Source: a virus
Taxonomy: Duplodnaviria; Caudoviricetes
Virus record (IMG/VR): IMGVR_UViG_3300032235_000429
Coordinates: 1 to 34,305 of that record
Reading direction: 5' to 3' (one strand)
Length of the DNA: 34,305 nucleotides
Shown one piece after another: positions 28,374-34,305 of this stretch; the first letter of the stretch is position 1, and each line of letters begins with the position of its first letter. The position numbers and the translations under genes were made by a program. The notes below the pieces were generated by a model. It had not been told where the DNA came from, made no database searches, and saw only the letters and a list, made by a program, of their open reading frames with translations.

Positions 28374-30221
28374 ATGGTAAGTTCAGCACAAACAATCGCA
28401 GCATCAGGTATGGTGAATGGTCAAGGCACAGCGCCTAGCCAAGACATGAATGCTGAGTTCAGTAAAAATAACTCCAAGCCAATCATTACCGTTATCAATC
28501 AGATATATGGTACTGCACCTAACACTGCTTCGAACGTAGTTGGCCTGCATGACGCTATTCTAAAACTACCAAAATGGGCCACAGGTCGTGACAGCACAGG
28601 ATGGAAAAGTGTCAGTGCTCAGGCGTCGGCATCAGCCAGCAAGGTTGTGGGCACTCCGGGAGATCCAGCCGCAACAAGATCTCTTGCAGCCACAATAGGA
28701 CAAGGTGCCAGTTATGGTTCAGCCGCGATGCCATGGCATGCCGCAATACAACAATACCAAGGTAAAAAGTTTGATGACCTAGGCGTACAAAACAAAAGTT
28801 ATTCAGACATAGGCAGTGGCGGTATGGCCGGTCACTTCAGTGCATTAAAAGGTGCACCAGGTGGGCAACAATCCGGTATGCAAGACATGGGTGCATTTAT
28901 AAACAGCATGGGCAACGGTATTGATGTTGCTCAACTAAATGACATGTTTGGACCTGCTGCATTTGTGTTAAGGATGCGTAAGTTTGGTATGGGTTACGTG
29001 GGCGACCTTGATAATAACCTAGCATCACTAAAGATTTTTACTGATGCGGATGTCAAGAAAGCTGATTATAGAATTATTAGAAATACACTAAATCTAGTTA
29101 ATAGCCCTAGTGACGTTGAAAAAGTTATCAAAGTGATGGAAATTAAAATTCCAAAAGGTGTTACTATCAAGAACTTGGGCGACTTGGTAGACAGCAACAA
29201 AATGCTGCCACCAGGACTACGTGCAATGGCACCAAATGGAGATATGCGAGCATTGAATGGTCCATTGGGTAACATGGGCGGCAATTACAAAGATGCTGCC
29301 TCACTAGGTAGATTTCTAGGACAAACAGAAATACCTTCTTATCCTCGACTAGATGCACAAAAAACACCAATAACGGAAGCACAAATTGCAGCATTGGCAC
29401 CAACTATTGGCTTTGGTGCTATATCTGCTCCCAGCATTGACGGAATAGCTCCACCAAGTTTGGGTACAGGTCCTATTGGTAATCCTATATTAACTGATAT
29501 TATGGGTTCAGCTAGTGGGAAAGGTTTTACTGATAACTACAAAAAAGTTAATGCAGCACATGACGCTATAATGAACAGTCAGATTGGGCAAGATTTGTAT
29601 AATAAATTAAAATTAATTCATGAAGCTGACAGGAGTCCGCCCTACAATGTTTCACAGGGTGAGGTTATTGAATTAAACAGTATTATTACAGATTTTAATC
29701 GAGCAGTAAAAGATGATCCCAAGATCAAGGCAGCACAAGCAGCTATGGCTGCAAGCATTTTCCAGGGCGTTAGAGAATCAAGTTTACAAAGCAAAGCTGG
29801 TATGGATATTAATAACCCACCCAGTATCTCTTCACCAAACGGAGTTTTGGGTATGGCAGCAAATTTGCCCAAGTATGGAGTAGACAAACAGCAGATGGGA
29901 TTCCGTGATACCTTTACTGGTATTGCTGATAAAAATTCCATCTACGGAGAGGCTCTTATGGTCTCACTTTTGGAAGGGCGCAACCAAGCCAGAATGAGTT
30001 CAGTGGGCATGAGAGACAATATCACAGCCGATCCAACTGCAATTTTAGGAGCCAAAATTCTTGCCAATTCCAAGAAAGAGTTGACTCCTCAACAACTTGA
30101 GAACATAACCGACTACGCTCGGAAGCAAGGCAAGGACCCAGCTCAAGCCATCAGTAACTCGAAATTGTTCGGTTACCAAAATACTTTTTACGTTTCAAAA
30201 GGTTACCCGGACGCCTCATAA
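28374..30221 (+). CDS. Hypothetical 615 aa protein, probably tail-tip/baseplate associated
   Basis: Long ORF starting 3 nt after PAAR; no catalytic motif recognised. Confidence 0.65.
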   Translation: MVSSAQTIAASGMVNGQGTAPSQDMNAEFSKNNSKPIITVINQIYGTAPNTASNVVGLHDAILKLPKWATGRDSTGWKSVSAQASASASKVVGTPGDPAATRSLAATIGQGASYGSAAMPWHAAIQQYQGKKFDDLGVQNKSYSDIGSGGMAGHFSALKGAPGGQQSGMQDMGAFINSMGNGIDVAQLNDMFGPAAFVLRMRKFGMGYVGDLDNNLASLKIFTDADVKKADYRIIRNTLNLVNSPSDVEKVIKVMEIKIPKGVTIKNLGDLVDSNKMLPPGLRAMAPNGDMRALNGPLGNMGGNYKDAASLGRFLGQTEIPSYPRLDAQKTPITEAQIAALAPTIGFGAISAPSIDGIAPPSLGTGPIGNPILTDIMGSASGKGFTDNYKKVNAAHDAIMNSQIGQDLYNKLKLIHEADRSPPYNVSQGEVIELNSIITDFNRAVKDDPKIKAAQAAMAASIFQGVRESSLQSKAGMDINNPPSISSPNGVLGMAANLPKYGVDKQQMGFRDTFTGIADKNSIYGEALMVSLLEGRNQARMSSVGMRDNITADPTAILGAKILANSKKELTPQQLENITDYARKQGKDPAQAISNSKLFGYQNTFYVSKGYPDAS

Positions 30222-30257
30222 GTTCAAAAATTTCTGGTCGTTATAGTACCAGATAAC

Positions 30258-30286
30258 TTGATTTTTTCTGAAAAAAACAGTATAAT
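30258..30286 (+). promoter_or_regulatory. Sigma70-like promoter
   Basis: TTGATT(30258)-17 nt-TATAAT(30281); AGGAGG before ATG 30369. Confidence 0.6.
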
Positions 30287-30368
30287 GTACTCAGTTAATG
30301 GGTTATAGTAGCGTTTATCTCTGAAAAAATTCAATTATATAAAACTACAACCTTAACAAGGAGGAAGT

Positions 30369-30920
30369 ATGATGAAAGAATATATACCCGGAATGGTCAA
30401 GTTTGCAATCGTGATCATAGGTATGTGGTTAGCGACACTAGGCCTGGTAGCAGTTACCAAAGCCAAGTTCAATGACCTTCGACAAGAGCAGGCCATGCTC
30501 GAAAATGTAAAAGTGGTCTCAGCCGATGACCGCGAAAAACAACTTCGTTGCCTGACTCAGAACATCTACTGGGAAGCTGCCGGCGAACCGTTTGAAGGAA
30601 AAGTGGCCGTGGCTCAAGTTACACTCAATCGCGTCACCAGCGGTCAATTCCCTAGTGATGTATGTGGTGTGGTATATCAGAAAAATGTATTCTACTCTCG
30701 AGTAGTTTGTCAGTTTTCCTGGGCCTGCGAAGGCAACCACAAAGTAAAACCTATCCATGCTCCACTGTATCGTGAAAGCGAAGAAGTGGCCAAGAAGGTT
30801 CTATTAGAAGGTTTCCGCTTACCTAGTTTGAAAACAGCATTGTATTATCACGCCGACTACGTGAAGCCTGGTTGGGGCAAAACTCCAATCACTAAAATTG
30901 GTCATCACATCTTCTATTAA
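30369..30920 (+). CDS. SleB-like cell wall hydrolase (Hydrolase_2) with N-terminal membrane anchor
   Basis: CLTQNIYWEAAGEPFEGKVAVAQVTLNRV...CQFSW...ALYYHADYVKPGW...IGHHIFY. Confidence 0.93.
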   Translation: MMKEYIPGMVKFAIVIIGMWLATLGLVAVTKAKFNDLRQEQAMLENVKVVSADDREKQLRCLTQNIYWEAAGEPFEGKVAVAQVTLNRVTSGQFPSDVCGVVYQKNVFYSRVVCQFSWACEGNHKVKPIHAPLYRESEEVAKKVLLEGFRLPSLKTALYYHADYVKPGWGKTPITKIGHHIFY

Positions 30921-30943
30921 TTCAACTCACCCAAAAGGCGAAA

Positions 30944-31264
30944 ATGAAAACTAAAATTGATTTTGATGAAATCAGAGAGCATGTAACAGAATTCTTCGTT
31001 ACACACTTTTCAGCAATATCAGCAGAAACACTGGGATGGCTGGCAGCAATTTGTTTACACGCTGCTACCATTCCAACTCTGTTAGCATTACTGACCGGAC
31101 TCACAGATAACACACCCAGTGTGGACATTGTCATGTTCATGTGGTTGGGCTTGGTTATGTTGTTTGGTCGTGCAGTTATTCTTCGAGACCTACTCAACAT
31201 TGTAACCATCGCATTAGGATTCGTAATTCAAGCAGTTTTGATGGCATTAATCCTGTTCCAATAA
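30944..31264 (+). CDS. Small membrane protein (3 TM)
   Basis: Three hydrophobic helices. Confidence 0.75.
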   Translation: MKTKIDFDEIREHVTEFFVTHFSAISAETLGWLAAICLHAATIPTLLALLTGLTDNTPSVDIVMFMWLGLVMLFGRAVILRDLLNIVTIALGFVIQAVLMALILFQ

Positions 31265-31300
31265 TCTTTCGAGTAAATACTGTAACAACAGGAGGCAGCG

Positions 31301-31522
31301 ATGTCCAAGCAAATTGAAATAGAGATCGAAGAAGCGTTGGCAGAAGAAAATGAAATTGGGGACGAAGATTATGGATTTATATTTGACAAAGATGGCAACG
31401 TCAAATATGTGTTTGTCCCAGATCACTTGCCGTTCAAGCCTCCCAAAACTATAGCCCGGGTCATGAAGATTCTGGGTGTTACAGATCTAAGCCAATTCCA
31501 AGACGACGTATCTATACATTAG
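31301..31522 (+). CDS. Hypothetical acidic protein
   Basis: AGGAGG SD; GTAAATA at 31273. Confidence 0.75.
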   Translation: MSKQIEIEIEEALAEENEIGDEDYGFIFDKDGNVKYVFVPDHLPFKPPKTIARVMKILGVTDLSQFQDDVSIH

Positions 31523-31562
31523 CAATTTTGCAACAAAATGGACCCTTTGTACGCTTTTCTGG

Positions 31563-31591
31563 TTGACTCAAAAGGACGTTTTGTGTATAAT
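31563..31591 (+). promoter_or_regulatory. Sigma70-like promoter
   Basis: TTGACT(31563)-17 nt-TATAAT(31586); ATG at 31598. Confidence 0.75.
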
Positions 31592-31597
31592 ATAGGT

Positions 31598-31828
31598 ATG
31601 AATAAAGATATCGTATTTTACCTAAAATGGCTTGCAACTTTTGTAACAATCGTTGGAGCGATTTGCACCAGCATTAATCTCTACCCCTTAGGCCCGGCCC
31701 TGCTTAACGTGGGTGCATTTTTATGGCTGATTGTAGCCATAAAATGGCGCGAGTGGAGCTTGATTACAATTAATGCAACTTTGCTACTAATCTACACAGT
31801 GGGACTTGTTGTTAAATTAGCAACATAA
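31598..31828 (+). CDS. Small membrane protein (3 TM)
   Basis: LKWLATFVTIVGAICTSINLYPLG...LWLIVAIKWREWSLITIN; start moved downstream of the promoter. Confidence 0.75.
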   Translation: MNKDIVFYLKWLATFVTIVGAICTSINLYPLGPALLNVGAFLWLIVAIKWREWSLITINATLLLIYTVGLVVKLAT

Positions 31829-31833
31829 AATGG

Positions 31834-31862
31834 TTGACAAAAATGGCCCATTTTGCTATAAT
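31834..31862 (+). promoter_or_regulatory. Consensus sigma70 promoter with extended -10
   Basis: TTGACA(31834)-17 nt-TATAAT(31857), with TG at the extended position. Confidence 0.88.
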
Positions 31863-31892
31863 GTATGTACAGTAAACAACTAGGAGCAAAAA

Positions 31893-32078
31893 ATGGACTA
31901 TCGCAACCGTTATATGTTAGCAGTATCAAAGTTGAATGCCCCTGAAAAACAGCATGTTGACGTCATGGGCTTTGTTGCAGAGCTCCATAAAACACAGTTA
32001 GAAATGATTGATGTAGCAGTTGACTATAGCGATATGCAACAAGCAAAAGACGTAATCAACTATATTAAGAATTTGTAA
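31893..32078 (+). CDS. Hypothetical early protein
   Basis: 61 aa; AGGAG SD; flanked by consensus promoter and terminator. Confidence 0.75.
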   Translation: MDYRNRYMLAVSKLNAPEKQHVDVMGFVAELHKTQLEMIDVAVDYSDMQQAKDVINYIKNL

Positions 32079-32096
32079 TACTTAAAGCACCACCCC

Positions 32097-32122
32097 AAAC
32101 CCGCTTCGGCGGGTTTTCTTTT
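32097..32122 (+). terminator. Intrinsic terminator with cUUCGg tetraloop
   Basis: aaacccgc-ttcg-gcgggttttctttt. Confidence 0.92.
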
Positions 32123-32197
32123 GGCTCGAGTTCCTGTGGGCGGAAGCTAAATACAACTATGAGCTACATAGGCTATTAGTTAAAAAGGTTAAACAAC

Positions 32198-32479
32198 ATG
32201 TCAACATCACAAATTATTGCAGTTACCGGAGCAGCTCAACAGAGCAGTGCCATAGCGAGTACCAAGGCTAGAGTGGCAGCTTCTGTTCCGTTTTACTATG
32301 CAGTGGGAAGTGACCCAACCGCAAGCCCAACGTTTGCAAACACACGAATGATTCCAGCTAATGTAATCACCAGCATTAACATGGAAGGGCTTGGAAATAA
32401 AATTAGTGTGATATTTGCAGGAACTACAGGCAACGTAAGCATTACTACTGTAGGTACAGTAACAAATCAACCTACATAA
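32198..32479 (+). CDS. Small beta-rich probable virion protein
   Basis: 93 aa Thr/Ser/Ala-rich; CTAAATA at 32147. Confidence 0.65.
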   Translation: MSTSQIIAVTGAAQQSSAIASTKARVAASVPFYYAVGSDPTASPTFANTRMIPANVITSINMEGLGNKISVIFAGTTGNVSITTVGTVTNQPT

Positions 32480-32495
32480 TTAAACAGGCACAAAT

Positions 32496-32816
32496 ATGAA
32501 TATCGCAGAAATTTTAAGAGGCCTAGCAGACAAGATTGCTAGCATGGAAGTAGGACAGGCAGCTCCCACACAGAGCATGGGCCAAGCGCAACTGCAACCA
32601 GTAGAAGTAGACAATACAGATCACACTGATGACGCTGTCATGATTGCTCCCTTACAACAAAAGATTGAACTACTGAAAAAATCAGTTGGTGTTCCCAATG
32701 CGTTTGATGATGCAGAAGCAGGTGCACCAGATGAACTAGACATAATAAAGAAAAACGCCGGTGTCGCACCTATCGCTATTCAAGTAGCCGAAGAAGACGA
32801 ACCTTTTGAAGGATAA
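32496..32816 (+). CDS. Hypothetical acidic protein
   Basis: 106 aa; MIAPLQQKIELLKK...DELDIIKKNAGV. Confidence 0.7.
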   Translation: MNIAEILRGLADKIASMEVGQAAPTQSMGQAQLQPVEVDNTDHTDDAVMIAPLQQKIELLKKSVGVPNAFDDAEAGAPDELDIIKKNAGVAPIAIQVAEEDEPFEG

Positions 32817-32823
32817 GTCTTAA

Positions 32824-34305
32824 ATGACAATTAAAAAGATTTGGGGTTCGCGAGTCCAAGCTGATGGTGACACTTTTGTAGCCGACGATGGCCTAATATT
32901 TTACGATGAGAATGATGGTGAACTACGCCTAGGTGATGGAGTCACACCCGGCGGTGTTGCCATTTCAGTTCGTGCTGATTTGATTACGGCACAGCGATTG
33001 CTTCCAGGCGCAGACAACAACAATACCTACGGTCTAGGCGATGAAACACATCGTTGGTATGACCTACACATTGGTGATGGTGGCATCTACTATAATGGAT
33101 TTGAAGATCCACAAATAGTTCCTTATCTTCCCGGCGCCATAATAACAGACCTTGTTCCAGCCTACACCAATGCCAACCTGGACCTAGGCAGCGAAACAAA
33201 TCGTTGGGGCAATGTGTTCATTGGTCCGAACAGTCTTCGTTTACAAGATCAAATTACACTTAATGATGTAGAGATCACAGTTCGCAGTGGTACCTTGTAC
33301 CTAAACGGTGCACAGAACCTGGCAGTAGGTAATTTAGTTATTGTAGACACCACACTGACCAGTGCAACTCCCGCCATTGACATCAACGTTGGTGCCAATG
33401 ATGACACTGGCACATTCTTTGTCAGACGTAAAGCACAGTTTAACAACAACACATATGGTCCTTTGGACGCCATGGTGTCGTTCAATGGATCAGGCGGCTC
33501 AAGCCCAACCACAGTATTCCCGGACACAATTATACAAACAGTTAGTCGCCCTAACCGGAACAGTCGCGTCGTTCAACGCAGTTATGGCAGCACAGGTGAT
33601 GTGGGCGGAGACAACAGTTATTCAGTGTGGGCCAGTTATGTAGCACGTGGCAATACCACTCAGCCCGCAGCGACCAAACAGAATGATATTTTAAGTCGTA
33701 TCAGCAGTAATGGCTTTGGAACAACAACCTGGGGATCAGGTGGCACACGTATAGAATCAGTTGCATTAGAAAACTTTACAGACTCAGCCAAAGGGTCACG
33801 GATCAACTTCTGGACCACTCCTATAGGTAGTATTGTGAGTCAACAAGTGGCCAGTATTACTGCCACTGGTATCGCTGCCAACAGCATAACATTCTCCACA
33901 GACAGCACGACACAAACCACAGCCGGTATTCCATTAACACAAAAAGGTGTAGCCACAGGTGTTGCTACACTGGGTGTAGATGGTCGACTAACCACAGAAC
34001 AAATTCCCAGCAGCTTAACTGGCGCTATTGTGTTCCAAGGCGGATGGAATGCGTTCACAAATACTCCTGCACTCAGCAATGGCACAGGCATCACAGGCTA
34101 TCAATATATTGTCACTGTAGGTGGCGATCGCAATCTAGGCGCAGGCAATGTTGTTTATGTGTCTGGTGATACTGTCACATATGGTGCCAATGTCTGGAAC
34201 CGAGTATCTGGATCCAGCCCAATTTCATCAGTATCGGGCAACCTACACATGCAGGTTGGTCCTACCACTGGTGCTGTTGTGATTGGTATCAATGCCACTC
34301 CCAAT
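32824..34305 (+). CDS. Tail fibre protein, 3' end outside window (absent from ORF track)
   Basis: My translation is open to the end: MTIKKIWGSRV...IFYDENDGELRLGDGVTPGG...TYGLGDETHRW...LDLGSETNRW...GVATLGVDGRL...FQGGWNAFTNTPAL. Confidence 0.85.
   Translation, partial: MTIKKIWGSRVQADGDTFVADDGLIFYDENDGELRLGDGVTPGGVAISVRADLITAQRLLPGADNNNTYGLGDETHRWYDLHIGDGGIYYNGFEDPQIVPYLPGAIITDLVPAYTNANLDLGSETNRWGNVFIGPNSLRLQDQITLNDVEITVRSGTLYLNGAQNLAVGNLVIVDTTLTSATPAIDINVGANDDTGTFFVRRKAQFNNNTYGPLDAMVSFNGSGGSSPTTVFPDTIIQTVSRPNRNSRVVQRSYGSTGDVGGDNSYSVWASYVARGNTTQPAATKQNDILSRISSNGFGTTTWGSGGTRIESVALENFTDSAKGSRINFWTTPIGSIVSQQVASITATGIAANSITFSTDSTTQTTAGIPLTQKGVATGVATLGVDGRLTTEQIPSSLTGAIVFQGGWNAFTNTPALSNGTGITGYQYIVTVGGDRNLGAGNVVYVSGDTVTYGANVWNRVSGSSPISSVSGNLHMQVGPTTGAVVIGINATPN

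Noticed and set aside
30222-30368. ncRNA or replication origin in this long AT-rich intergenic gap
   Set aside because: Only short partial repeats (gttatagta, ctgaaaaaa, each twice); explained adequately by a promoter and 5' UTR.
1548-34094. Numerous short minus-strand and alternative-frame ORFs (e.g. 9677-10024, 13741-14115, 23340-23762, 30922-31209, 33362-33643)
   Set aside because: They lie within well-supported + strand genes, have Ser/Leu/Cys-skewed shadow composition and show no motifs.
1-34305. Stop-codon reassignment
   Set aside because: Conserved genes are full length in the standard code, and TAA, TAG and TGA all end genes at sensible positions.

Overview
This 34.3 kb window comes from a large lytic dsDNA tailed phage, a distant T4-superfamily or jumbo-type myovirus (inferred). 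It is densely coded, almost entirely on the + strand, and reads well in the standard genetic code. From left to right it carries: the 3' part of a strongly shortened DnaE (Pol III alpha)-like gene; a tail/adhesin block including a ~1740 aa beta-propeller fibre protein; the auxiliary genes 2OG-Fe(II) oxygenase and a membrane fatty-acid desaturase; T4-like primase and helicase; and a late block of probable head-packaged proteins. That block includes a Pol-beta-type nucleotidyltransferase coupled to a KxDG RNA-ligase-like enzyme. Then come IscA, a PD-(D/E)XK exonuclease, a pectin-lyase-fold tail protein and class Ia nrdAB. An accessory cassette follows (cupin with duplicated Reb-like motif, thioredoxin, stand-alone tail-collar domain), then glutaredoxin, PAAR, a 615 aa unknown, a SleB hydrolase, small membrane proteins and a final tail-fibre gene running off the end. 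Two promoter classes are visible: sigma70-like -35/-10 and T4-late-like TAAATA. Several sit directly on start codons, implying leaderless mRNAs. I saw no tRNA, rRNA, CRISPR array, integrase or transposase. All family calls are by-eye motif recognition, not database results.
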